This document shows, one piece after another, positions 41,101 through 53,330 of a stretch of DNA of 64,000 bases. The translations under genes and the position numbers were made by a program. How positions within the stretch are numbered: position 1 is the stretch's first letter; each line of letters opens with the position of its first letter. Origin of the DNA: Eukaryota sp. GEM-RC1. Lineage: Eukaryota. The notes beneath the pieces were generated by a model. It ran no database searches. It was not told where the DNA came from and saw only the letters and a list, made by a program, of their open reading frames with translations. Location: NCBI GenBank assembly GCA_040285855.1, contig JAUFOQ010000004.1, positions 1,302,001 through 1,366,000 of the forward strand, given 5' to 3'.

Positions 41101-44100
41101 CAATGAACGTCAGTTTTGTTACTTCTTTTATTGACACCGTAATTCCTGATGTGATTGAGGTAAATCACCTTCAATCTATTTTGATTGATCTGAACAACAA
41201 ATTGTATTATTTAGATGTCAGTTGTTCTGGTAACTGTGATTTGGCTTTAGACCATCTTCCGAACTCCACTATTAAGGTTTCTTTTACTGGTATTGAACCT
41301 GGATCAATTGTACTGGAGTTTTACGTTAATTATTCCAATTCAAATTTCCACTTTCGGATCCCAATATCAGTTGAAAGACCTCCTGTATTTGAACTTGTAA
41401 GTCCAAATGTTTTGTCTACCTCTGTAAATTCTCTAGTTTTCATTCACAGTTACTCATATTTTGATTTGGAATCCTATTTTTCTTTTGATGATTCTAATAT
41501 TGAACCTACTAATGTTGAGCTCCTCTCCAGTTCTGATTTCTTCTTTGTTTATAGATTTGAACTGAATCTTACTTCCATGCCAGTTTTTGAGGGGGAATCT
41601 GTCCAAGATCTTTGTTGGTCTCAGAGAGGATTCAGAAGATCATTGGTCACTCAAATTAAAATATATAATTTTGAATTCAGTAGTAACGATCACGTTAGTG
41701 TTTTTGAACATCGTGATATTTCTGTTGACTTCCGAGGAAATCTTACCTCAAACGTGACGTGTTCTATTGATGGTCAAATCTTCTTTGGAAAAGTTGTTGA
41801 TATTTTACTGGTTTACAAGAGTGTAAGAATTCCAACTTTCCAGCAACACGTGTGTGTTGACGTTTACTATGATCACTTTCTTTTGAATTCTTTTGAAATT
41901 CATGGTGAATCCTTTTTGGAGGAGGTTTGCTTCGAGTCATTTTCACGTCATCCTTTGGTGAATTCTTCTGAAATTATTTTAAATCGAGAATCAAATTTAA
42001 TATTCGACGGCTCAAGATGCTGTAGTGTTGATGTTTTCTATTGTTCAGAATTAATCTCCAAAAATGAATTAGTTACATTCGATTTTCCTTCACTATTTGA
42101 CATTCATCACGTTATTATCACGTCAAATTCTAGTTGTGAAGAGATTGATTCTGGACTTCCTTTTGAACTGATCGTTAACAATCACGCTATTTCACCATCC
42201 ATTATTTGTAAGCAAATTCCTAGTGGATATTCCTTCGCATCAATGTGTGAAATAGATGTAATTTTTCCAAAAATTTCTGAGATTACTCTAGTAGCTCTAG
42301 AAGACGTTTACTTACTTGAAGTAGAGTTTTATGGATACAAATCTAATTCCTGTTTTAAACCTTTTCATGGGGAAAAGGCGTAACTTCATTAGGAGGAATA
42401 ATTGATGAAGATGTTCATTTGAGATTTAATAATCAATCTTTTGATTCAATTTCGGAATTCAAACAATTCGTGGTTGATAAGTCAACTTTCTGGTCATCGT
42501 CATTTCTAACTTTTGCCACTGAGTTGTATTCTCCTTATTGTTATTATTCTACTGTTAGTTATCCAACAGTTTTGACTGCTTCATCAGCATCATCTGTTGT
42601 CTTTCTAGCTGAAGAAGTAGAACTAAATCCTCAATTTTTAAACATTTCTATCCCAATTATTTGTGTTGATCCTTTGAATTTCATTGTGCACTGTAGTGAT
42701 ATGTTTACAGTAACGACTTCAACATTTGAATACTTGAGTTTCTATTTTTGAATAATTCATTGATTTTTTCTTTCCTGAATTTGATCAAACTAGGAGAACA
42801 TTCTCTATCAATTACTTATGGTCAAAGTCAATTTTACTGGAATGGGATTATTGTTCAAAAATTTTATGAAATATTTGAAATTAGTGATTCCGGAACACAC
42901 TGGTGTGATCACCAATTTACTTTGGATAAAACATGTACTTTATTACACTTTTCGTCCACATTAATAACTCAAAATTTATATTCTAATTTTTCAAAAATAC
43001 TTTTGATTTCAGATTTAAGAATAGATCTTGAGTTTGATACTTCAATCCTACATGTTGTTAATGGATCCACTTTGGAAATTATTGGACCTCCACGTCAATC
43101 AATGACGATTACACTTTCCTATTCATCCCAATCTACTGCTGTCGAGCTAGTTTCAAATGATTGTCACTTACCTAAATTGAATTCTGGACATGGATGTTTA
43201 TGTCCAAAAGGAATGGAATTTAATTTTCTTGGTGAATGTGCGAAGTGCTCGCTAAATTATTATTCAAATTCAGAATTTAATTCAGAATGCAGACCTTGTT
43301 CTTTTCCTAGAATCACTCTTCAAAAAGGTTCTAGTGATCTTGACCATTGTGTTTGTCCTTTAAACACTCTAGATTCCCTAGATGCATGTTTACCTTGTCC
43401 TCATTTAGCTGAATGTGGATATGGAAATTTGACTGGAATTGAACCTGGTTTTAGATTAAATACTGATACTTGGGAACTAGATGAGTGTGTGTTTTGGTAT
43501 AGTTGTCACGAGAATGTCTGCAGATCACGTCATGCTTATGGAGATTTGTGCCATTATTGTACTAAAGATGCCATTGTTGGTAATAGAATCTACTGTATTG
43601 GAAGAGAATATTTATTGTTCAAGATTCTTTTATTGGTACTCTTTGTCCTAATTCTGTTTGTTACAGATAGAGTTTACATTGCCTTTCTTCAATCAAAAGT
43701 ATTGTCACGTGCTTTGCGATTGTCCATCTCTTCTTTATCGTTTTTCCGATCCTCTCAAATTTTGAAGCATCATTTAAATTACTCAAATATTTTGAATATC
43801 TTTCTGTTCTCATTTTCAGTTTTCAGTTACAGAAGAGTGTCTTTCAGTTTAATATTTTTTGAGTATGTTTCATCTCTGTTTTATTTAGATAAGTCAATGA
43901 GAATGTTACCTTTAATTGTTTGCTCTCTGTCACTTGCTTCAAGATTTTGGTTAACACATTATTTTAACTTCAAAACTTTTAATATTTTCCATAGTTCCTT
44001 CTTTACTGGAGCTGCCTTTATTTCTCTGAATTTTATTTTTGGAGTTACTTTGTCTCATTTTTTCAGTGGTCCAGAGCCATTTCTATTATTTATTTTTGCT

Positions 44101-44337
44101 TTTATTCACATTCTATTTGTTGTTTTTGTTATTTATGCTCAGCGAACACTTCCTTACTGTTTTACCATTATTGCTTATTGTGTTATAATCTTTTCAGAAG
44201 TATTACCCAGTTTAATCTGCTTTATTATTCAAACAGTTTTATTGATTTGTCTTTATTGTGTATCAACTTCCCTTGAACGAATTTCTCTTGGAATTAGTTC
44301 TTTAGTTTGTGTTTATAATTTGATGGTGTACGTTTGA
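35116..44337 (+). pseudogene. Copy D of the modular surface protein (~9.2 kb, no LamG insert), with in-frame stops
   Basis: ATG 35116 (MVVVFLLLCCYTYAS). RCC1 region resembles copy B. In-frame stops TGA 36452-36454 (Gly in paralogues), TGA 38359-38361 (TCA in copy A) and TAA 41016-41018 (CAA in B/C). Intact Cys-rich plus TM ORF 42748..44337. Confidence 0.8.
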
Positions 44338-45236
44338 TGCACAGGATGTCCCACCATTTTTTTAATGGTAGTTTTTTGATAATGTTAGGGCCCTGTACTT
44401 GACTTCTGTTACTAATGCTTTGTCATCTCTTGGAAGGAAAAAATATGAAATTTGGACTTTGAGGATATTGATTATTAGAGCTCTAAACTTAGTTGTTACA
44501 TGTACGATGATTAATTAACTTCGTGCAATTGGTTTGGTGATCCAATTGTGTGTTTCACAACCAGCAGCAGTACACCGTGTACTGTAGGTAAAAAATGAGA
44601 CTACAGAAGTACATTTTTTTCATTTTGATTGTATCCATCGTAAACGATAATGTTACTACTGTGATGAAGCATTAGGGTTTGCGTATTATGATTCAGCGTT
44701 GCTATAGCATCTAATTACAGAACAAAACGAACCGCTCTAATAGATGCTGGTTTTTTACACTGCGGTAGCTGGTGGTATATGGGTGGGAACTGTAAGGTGC
44801 CTTTACTTTCATTGTTTAAATGCACAGTGTAACGCAGTTGTTTTCTTCGACTTACCAATCTAAAAACTTGAACTTTTCTGACATTTACAATTGAAGTAAG
44901 TTGTTTTTGTTCTTAGACCTTGAATATTCCTTCAATACAGATTCATTTTTTGAACTGTGTTTATCATCTACAATCATCTCCAACAATCAGAAGTACAATA
45001 CCACGTCAACAGTAGTATCTTGTGATTAATGGTGTCTTTGTATCTGTGCATGTATTTGATTCTATATTTTAGGCATTGTTTGAACTTTAAACTTTGAAGT
45101 ACATGATTCATCTAACCAAATAAATGTTCTTCAATGTATGTGTATCAACAATTCAGACAAAGTCATTTGCATTTATTTACGAAGTTATTGTAATTACAAA
45201 ATCTCCTACAATACTCATGTGAAACATTTGTAGCAA

Positions 45237-46083
45237 TCACAAACGCTCCAATTTCCATTTTTGTCCTGTACCATATAATTTTAATCCAAAGATATCACCG
45301 TCAACCATTGGAGTTGAAAAGGTAGTGTTTGATGTTGAAGGTGCAAATAAAAGTTGATCATCAGACAATTCCAAGACAACGTGACACCCTTCCGTAAGTG
45401 GAGGAAAACTTGGCTCAGATAGTTCGAAATGTCCTTGGCTTTCTGTACCATCCAAATCCAAATCCATGTTCAAGTACCTGCTTTGAGGCTTCCGGCTGTC
45501 CGCAAGACAAAGACTGGCAGATACATCACCACTAACAAGTGTAAGTCTCACTCTATAACCATTAAGTAAAGGGATTGCAACAAAATTATCAGATTCTACA
45601 TATGTTGTCCTTTCTTTTCTGAGGATGACGTAACCAAAGTATCATCATCTGATAGCTCCACATAAGATCCACAAATAGCTGAATCAAACTTGCCAATTAG
45701 ATTTGCATATATACGATATTCATTTTCCTCAAATTTTGCATCCATTTCATATTCGAACTCAGTCTCAAGAGTTTGAATAGTATTTTTAACTCTAAAATTT
45801 CTTGATGTTGATTACTCATAACTCTCACTGAATTGATTGAAATAAAGTTGTTCAAGAAAGATTGAAGTCTCTGGTCAATACATAAAGGGGTTATCAGATT
45901 TAAAAATTCAATTGGATTTGAGTCAATATTTAAAGCAGAGAGACAACTGACAAAGTATTTAACCGACCAAAAACTAGAGACGTCAGAAGACTTCCAGGAA
46001 AAAATTAGTGATTTTAGTAGGAATATTGTGTATTCCGAAGGTAGATTTGAAGATAAACTTTGGCAAACTTCAGGAATTAACAA
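45237..46083 (-). pseudogene. Hypothetical protein fragments, family not recognised
   Basis: Two co-oriented ORFs (45697..46083, 45237..45551) with protein-like composition; no motif recognised. Confidence 0.25.
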
Positions 46084-47149
46084 AAGTGAAGACAGAGATT
46101 GTAAACAACTGATGAATAAGGAACAACCTAATGTCGCTGAACAACGGCATTACGGTTCAAATGTGTGTGTATTGTGTACACCTCTAAGTGTTTGACCTCA
46201 ATCATATTTATTTAAATAATGCTATATTAGGCAATAAACATTGCACTTCCGAAACAGTCGAAAATGAATATTTTTTGCAATATTTATTTAAATATTGCAA
46301 TATAAATATTTATTAGTGCTCCCTGTTCTGACGTTCACTGAAGGTTTTTGGTTCAACTCCTTGGTTATAGTGACGTGACACTTTTAGTACAATTTCTAAA
46401 CTTTCTTTCTTTGTCACACTTTTCTGCGCCTTTTCGCATGACTTTGAAACTGAAAGACTGGAACACTTATTGAGTGCAGAAAAAACTGAGTCTTTGGAAG
46501 CTTTCAGAAGAGTTTCGTCAGTTCCTCCTGTTTCCCTCCACCGTCTGCTTTTTCCATGACATCTTCTTTAAAAGCATCACTAGGTGAACTCTTTTCCTCT
46601 TCTTCTGACTTTATTGATCTTAGTTTCATGCCCTCGACTCCAAAAATCATGTGAAAGACTTTTTTCTACTGACAAACGAGCCCTTGGCTTTCATAGGTTT
46701 GGATTGAATCCTACAAGCTTGGAAAAGTAACTTTTCATGAAGTCTAATCGAACTTGGTGGACTGAAGCTATTTTTAGGGATAATTTCATTGAAGATGGTG
46801 CTGGTCTCGAATAGGTTGTGATGGATTTGTTGTTTTTGTTTTTAGTATGGTGTGATTCCATAAAAATGTATATAACGATAAGTACAAAAGTATAGGTAAC
46901 GCATTTAGTCATCAAACTCAGAAAGAGTTGTGTCACAGAAATATTGTATATTGCAATAATTGCAAAATTTATTTAGTGGACAACTGTACTGTAATATGTA
47001 TTGTCTAGACTGAACCTATTTAAATATATATTGTTGGCCATGATATTTATTTAGATATTTTTTCCCAATCCCTGGGTCCAACGGCTTTAAAATACAAAAT
47101 TATTTATAGATGAAAGAGACATACATATCAAAATATAAGCTAATGAAAC

Positions 47150-47650
47150 TCTAGAAACCGGCAATTCATGGTCAACGCTACCACAATCACCTGCAAATTC
47201 GTGTTAATTGATTTAATACACTTAGGCATCGAACGGAACAGAGAGAAAATCAAACGGTTATGCCAAATTGATAAGTTAAATCTCTTATTCTGAGACTTTA
47301 ACATAGATCCAAAATTAGTTAAAAACTGAGAAGCCATTTCACAAATACAACAGAGAATAGAAATGCCAAATTACAAATTTTGAATATGACTTTTGATTGC
47401 GCTTAGCAACATCACTGGAATACAAATCAATTTTACGTTTTTGGTTGTTTCTAAGTAGATTAAACCTTTTGAAGTTACGCTGTTAACATAAGTTTGAGAA
47501 CATGGATCTAATGTTGTAACATCAAGGATAATTTGATTAGAATCATTAAAAGGACCATGTGAGTCACCTCGACGAGAATTGTAAATTAAATCAAGACCGA
47601 ACTTACTAAATATGGGTTCAACTGTGGTATGAAATCCATGATAATATTCT
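47150..47650 (-). mobile_element. Remnant of a non-LTR retrotransposon restriction-like endonuclease (RLE) domain
   Basis: Manual translation HGFHTTVEPIF...SRRGD...QIILDVTTLDPC...KRKIDLY...RFNLSIWHNRLIFSLFRSMP fits the E-P / R(P/G)D / DV / KxxKY / W..R layout of RLE PD-(D/E)xK domains and resembles 56400-56850. Confidence 0.6.
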
Positions 47651-48574
47651 TTAATGATTTTTATCTTTTATACTGTTCAAATTGAAGTTGCCTATATGTT
47701 GTTTAAGGAATAACCGTATCATCTGCGCGCTTCTTGGAAGCATTACTAAGTATCAAAGCTCCATTGTTTCTAAAATGTATAGAGGTCACTCTGTTGTTAA
47801 TGTGAACAATTTGACTTCTTACATTTTCAGCATTAGTAAATATTAAATAAATGCTTGGACATATACAGACTTAACATTAAAACAAAAACTTAAGTATCAA
47901 ACCTAAAATCGTCCTTTAGAATTATTCCTTTTGTTATATCAATACTTGATACTATTGTTGCTGCTGAGGATTTCGGTGATGCGTTTCCCAATTGTGTCGT
48001 AATCAAAGTAAATTTTTCGATCCAAATCTTTGACACAATCGCATATTTTTTCGTTATAAACAAATTTTGCAAGGTAGTTCTCTACTATCGTATACTGAGT
48101 ATGTATCGTGATCCAAGCGTAGATGTAAAGCACTGTTTATATGCAAAACACCAGTAGAGCAGAAAACAACAAAGAGTCACAAAGTTCGTTCAACAATAGT
48201 TTTATGGACGAGCATGTTATATTATTTTGGTCACGTGTTTGTTAATTAATACATGTATAATGTACAACAAGTTATCTGACACAAAGTGACATGTCTAATT
48301 GACGCGAACGAATTGTGAAAAATTATAAGAGTTGAATGTAGCACCAGTACTTGTACCGGAATGAAAAATTCCAATGTAGCCCACTGATGTCTTATATCAA
48401 TGCATGTTCTGAGCTTTTTGAAGAAACATTAGAGTTTATTAAGAGAACCAATAAAAGCATACCCTCTACTATGCTTGTATTAGGACCTTGCTTGTATTAG
48501 GACCTCGACGATAATACAAAAGGTCATCATAATCTACATGTAACATTCTTGAAGGACATATATACGTTCTGAAT

Positions 48575-49034
48575 CAGGGCCTAGAAAAATTGAATTGCCA
48601 ATACAATTATTTCAATACATTGGTATGAAACATTGATTGGCGCCAATTTAGAACATTGAAACATTGACTGGCTCAACATAAATCATCGAAACATTGATTG
48701 ATATAATATTCAAAAATTGCAACATTGGCCAATTATATTTTGCGAATTATCCTATTTCACTCAACACTGGAAATCACAATACCAATATGCAGCTGATGTA
48801 GATAGTCGTTTTAACATGTTCTTTATGAACAAAAACATAACTTGTATGATTTGGCTGTTCTACTACTAGTAGTAGTGGTACTTGAAACATGGGACCAATA
48901 TCAAACATTCAAGCATCGTTTCGACCAATATCTAACATTCAAACACTGATTGGTTTCATTTGAAACATTGAAATATTGATTGGTTCAATTTGAGACACTG
49001 ACATTGGCAATCAATTCAATTTTTCCAGGCCCTG
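48575..49034. mobile_element. 460-bp MITE with hAT-like CAGGG termini
   Basis: 23-bp TIR CAGGGCCT(A/G)GAAAAATTGAATTG with 1 mismatch; many internal GAAACATTGA/CAATA repeats. No 8-bp TSD recognisable. Confidence 0.8.
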
Positions 49035-49126
49035 AAAAGGACCTTTTTAGATTCCAGGTACTGAATGATCCCCAAGACAAGACTTTTTCTTCAAAATTTC
49101 TTCACTATCTCCTTTATCTCTTTTTA

Positions 49127-49414
49127 ATGCAATCAACCGGTCTACCTGGAGGATCCATTTCCCGTAATCACGATGAACCCGATGTTAAAGAAGCTGTTGA
49201 GTTCGCCATGGAACATCTAAATCTCATGTCAAATAGTCTGAATCCTCACATTTTGGATTCAGTTGTTGACGCTTCTTCCCAAGTCGTTGCTGGTACTAAC
49301 TACCACCTTACATTAAAAACTACAAGAGGAACCGCATCTGAATGTCACAAGTTTCAGGTTTTCAAGTCTCTTACTGGCGCAATGGAGCTTACCAACCATC
49401 AGGTTGTTTTCTAG
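49127..49414 (+). CDS. Cystatin (papain-family cysteine protease inhibitor), 95 aa
   Basis: N-terminal PGG, helix DVKEAVEFAMEHLN and the canonical QVVAGTNY loop. ATG at 49127. Confidence 0.9.
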   Translation: MQSTGLPGGSISRNHDEPDVKEAVEFAMEHLNLMSNSLNPHILDSVVDASSQVVAGTNYHLTLKTTRGTASECHKFQVFKSLTGAMELTNHQVVF

Positions 49415-49448
49415 TGATGTTATTTTGTGTTGTATATACCACATGTAT

Positions 49449-49855
49449 TTATTCTACTCTTGTTTTACATAGAGGACATTCCGGGTGCTTCTTCAACCAC
49501 TTACTTATACATCGTCTGTGGAAATAGTGATCACACATACTCAATCGCAAGACAGTATGCCCTTTTTCATCATATCTAGACAAATTGTACATTGTTGATC
49601 CAAACATTTAGAGAGTTTGGTAGACGACATGCTCTTGATCTGAGCAGTAGTTAGTCCTAGTCTCAAACTAGTAGAGGGTTCTGCAATTTCTGGTAAATCC
49701 AATTCACGATCAGAAAGATATATGAACACATCTTCCTCATCATCAACAGTTACTGGTTCAGGGTAACTTGTATCTACTTCACTGTCAACGTATACTCCAG
49801 CATCAAAGTTTGAGTCATCATTGAGATACCAATCGTTCATTAGAAATCCTTGCAC
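49449..49855 (-). CDS. RING-H2 E3 ubiquitin ligase-like protein (one frameshift; start uncertain)
   Basis: GLTTAQIKSM...CTICLD, then after a shift near 49560 HTVLRLSMCDHYFHRRCISKWLKKHPECPLCKTRVE* (TAA 49449-49451): a C3H2C3 pattern. Confidence 0.88.
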
Positions 49856-49979
49856 CTTTTTGTTTATATCCAGAAGATCTCTCCTTATATATCCTGTACA
49901 AGTAGATATTGTCTGTTTTTAAGGCTTTGAACTAAATCGGCAACACTAATTGTTGGTATTTATTGAATCAAAATCTTCC

Positions 49980-50303
49980 CTAGTCTTTCCATTCTTTACA
50001 TTGGCTACTTGAACCTACTTCCTTGCAGCAGATCTCCTTTTCACATTCTAAATGTGAGCTTTTCTCATATTCTTTAGGACGTGCAATCTTTTCCTTTTGA
50101 ACTGGTTCGCATACTACTTCCTCCTGTTGAACTTTTGTACGATGAACTGGTTCGCATACTGTTCTGCACACTATCTCTGGTTCACAAGGAACACATACGG
50201 GTCGTTCTCTTGGTTTGCAGTCGGGATCAGCTGTTTGTGATAGATGAGCGTCTTCTCTTCTCTCACTGCGAGTTCTGTCAACAATATCTCGGCGTTCAGA
50301 CAT
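49980..50303 (-). CDS. Small Cys/Glu/Pro/Val-rich protein with VCEPV-type repeats
   Basis: 107-aa ATG-initiated ORF with VCVPCEPE, VCEPVH, VCEPVQ; AATAAA ~15 nt after the stop. Confidence 0.6.
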   Translation of the reverse strand: MSERRDIVDRTRSERREDAHLSQTADPDCKPRERPVCVPCEPEIVCRTVCEPVHRTKVQQEEVVCEPVQKEKIARPKEYEKSSHLECEKEICCKEVGSSSQCKEWKD

Positions 50304-50344
50304 TTTGGTGTAGTTTAGATTGTTTTTTCGTCAATAATATCTAG

Positions 50345-50470
50345 CAGGTATCTCTTTGTCTTCAAAAACATATCTTTTTCCAATAACTTCTGGAATGAAT
50401 GTGAATCCGAAGATTCAATAATGCTACAGAGTCACTGTAGTAAATAAAGGCTATGACTATGACTATGACA
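50345..50470 (-). ncRNA. Candidate Fanzor omegaRNA scaffold / element right end
   Basis: Directly 3' of the Fanzor stop, three consecutive hairpins on the minus strand: CTACAG-tgact-CTGTAG (50440-50424), TGAATC-TTCG-GATTCA (50417-50402, cUUCGg tetraloop) and TTCCA-N8-TGGAA (50395-50378). Position matches Fanzor/TnpB guide RNAs; boundaries are estimates. Confidence 0.55.
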
Positions 50471-52600
50471 AATAACTGGGTCTAACTCCTAGACCCCGCT
50501 CCAAATGATGCTCCACAATGGTCTTGATGTTGATACATGCTAACTTGTTACGATTCCAAATCTTGGCGCTACCATGACATTCTTCTCTACATTCTTGGGA
50601 CTTGCATCTCAACAAAGCGTGACACTTTACCAGAGGTTTCTTCTCTCTTTTCCATGGTTTTGGATTACTGATTTCTTTGAACACTTTGACTGGCTTCCAA
50701 CAAGTAGGACACTTTGAAGACGTGTAACTCTCATCTACGAGAACAAGGTTGTAACCATTTCTCTTAAAGAAGTTTCTCCAACCCACACCTCTACTTGATC
50801 GGAGATGTTTTAGGTTCTGCCTTTTATTACCATTGTCACCAAACATCAATACACTGTCATTTTTATTCCATCCTTTTGCAGTCATATTTTTCGACAACTT
50901 ACTTTCTGTTTTTTGAATATGGACGTATCTTTGCATTTTTGAATGCGCCATATCATCAAACAGTAGTAATCAAATGTTGATTCAATAACTGTAAGTTTGG
51001 AACCCATATAGTCATAGAATGTGTCATAAAGAGTGGACTTCGAATTTTCTTTCGACAATGTTGACTCTTCTTGTTCAACTGTTTTTCCATCTTGGAGAAT
51101 GAATTCTTTTTTCTTTCCCCTTCTAAACTTTTGATGGACCCTTGACCATCTGGACCATTCTGTCTCTGTCAATCTTAGCCACTCGTATTCTTTGTCTCTT
51201 CTTTCTCGTGCTTTTTGTTCAGGAAATGGCCTATTTACTTTCTCTGAACAAAAATAGAGTAAATCTGTTTTTCCAGGATCAATAAAAACCTTTGTTTTCA
51301 ATGAAAACTCTTCAACATCATAGTCTTGAACATATTCTTCTTTACTGGAGAACTTTGCACTGTCTGGTTTAAAGGACATTCCCACACAGTCCTCTCTGGT
51401 AAGTTCAACACAAGCAGAGAAACCATCAGTTTTAATGGTATTGTTAAACTTATAACCTTTCTTTATAAATGGACGATTAAAGTTGAAAAATGGGACCACA
51501 ATTGATTTTGTTCAGCAGGAGACATGTGTGCAATTTCATTCTTTGTATTCCAATCAGACATTTTCTTCTTGACATTCACTTGTTGTGTTGACAAAGTGGA
51601 ACGTAATATTCGCCAAAGACCTTGTGTGTCTATTTCAAAAAGCCTGGTGTGACGTGACGAACAATCGGAATTACATTGTAAGCACTTGCACCTTCACTTT
51701 CAAGATAGTTATTTATTTGAATCGCAGATTTAATAAAGGATTGAGGATGTTCACGAACTGATTTAAGTAGAGATTTAACGACTTTCTTTTTATAAACACC
51801 ATTAGCATTTTGAATATCAATTGATGGTGGGAAGAGAACATCAATAAAATATTTATCTCTAAACAATCCTTCAACATAGTCGTTAGTTGCCCACAGAAGT
51901 TTAATTTTACCTGCAATGTTCAAACTTCTATTACTGTCGTCTTGAAGAATTTCTGTATTTCATCTTTGAATAAATTGTTTTATTTCTACAGTTGTTTTTG
52001 GAACGTCATTTCTGTTACCTTCGAGAAAGACATTTGTAACTTGTCTAAGTCTCCAACGAAAAACAGACTGTTCTTTTTTTGACATTTTCTCTTCTTGATC
52101 AGTCTTTTGAAAATAAACATTAATAAATTTGTCAATGTATTGAGCATAACGCATTTTAATATTGGTGTCCAAATTTGTTTTGATAGTTTCACCAACCATT
52201 GCCATAATTCGTGAGGAACGAGCAGCTGGAAAGAGTGTAAATCCTCCATTGTTGAGCATTACTTGTTTGTATTCCTCTAAAACAAAGTTTTTCAACTGTT
52301 CATTAAATGTAGGAGGTCGTCCTTGAGGTAATTCAATCTCATGATGTTCAGCAGAGATGTATCTTAACAGAGTTTGAATATGTTCTACTTCTTTTCTTGT
52401 AATTAAAGGTAATTTTTCACCATTCTTATCCATGTGTAATAAAAACAGCTTCAAACAATAGGAAGTGTGCATTCCAAGTTTGTGAACTAATGGAGCATAA
52501 TAATCGAGTAATAACGTTAATCCAAAATGTTTGACAATAGACTTTGGTGTAGTTTTATGTGTTACAAAAGTTGGACGAACGATTTTATTTGATTGAAACA
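50463..52600 (-). pseudogene. Fanzor1: Fanzor1 (eukaryotic TnpB-family RNA-guided RuvC nuclease) domain
   Basis: N-terminal THKTTPKSI..HTSYCLKLFLLH..LPLI..IKTNLDTNIKMRY; YKFNNTIKTDGFS; RuvC-I FIDPG; FGD then rearranged RuvC-II VDESYTSSKCPTC; zinc finger CPTC...C.SQEC; RuvC-III WNRNKLACINI; terminal RPSYL. Three homopolymer frameshifts and one in-frame TGA (51960-51962). Confidence 0.93.
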
Positions 52601-53330
52601 ATAAAAACAACTTCAATGCTATTACACTATCTTTGAAGCAATAGTTTACAACTTCTTGAGGTCTTTCATCAACACAATCAATAGGCAATAAGTGGTGAAA
52701 TTCGTCATGAAGACGTCCTTTAGATTCGTTTAATAAAAACCAACTTAATGACCTTAAAGACTTTGAACATTTTGAAACAATAAATTGCTTAGCATAAACG
52801 TATGAATCACAGACAATTCTACCAGCCCATTAAGAACAAACATTTTGCCATAGAGATGATAAATGAGATTTAGTTGTTTCATCTAGCATTGGTTCTGGAA
52901 AGTCGACTCCAAGTGTAACAATCCTTTTGCCTAAAACAACATTAACGAAGTCAGTTATGTTAAATCCAGTTAAAACTGATGGATTTTTATCATTCAAATA
53001 GTTGACAAAAACTCTAGTAACTGTTTTTCGTCTTCAAAAAATCGAAGGTTTCTACAATCAGGTGGCAGTTCAACATCAGATTCATGAGTCAACTCTAAAG
53101 TTGCAACAAAATTGTCTTGAAGGAAAAATTGATCTTTTATAAAATGACCAAACACTCCAGAAATCATAAATACTTGTTGGTTTTGAATCCACAGTTCTCT
53201 TTCTGCATCACTTTTCATTTTGAGAGATCCATTCTCGTTCTTTCTTTGATCATCCAACTCCTCTGTAAGTGTTTCTGCAGGGATTTGATCAATTTCTCTA
53301 GTTTCAATATCAAAAGACAATATTGAACAA
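52600..53330 (-). pseudogene. Family-B DNA polymerase 3'-5' (DEDDy) exonuclease domain, in frame with Fanzor
   Basis: ExoI ILSFDIET; FEDEKQLLEF; ExoII-like NPSVLTGFNITDF; GRIVCDSY; SLRSLSWFLLNESK; ExoIII NYCFKDSVIALKLF, which sits in the same uninterrupted ORF (51960..52688) as the Fanzor N-terminus. No polymerase palm motifs follow. Confidence 0.85.

Noticed and set aside
46200..47075. A single TIR element bounded by the AATATT-rich blocks
   Set aside because: Both candidate termini (..CCCTG at ~46325 and ~47074) point the same way, and no matching left end or TSD was found.
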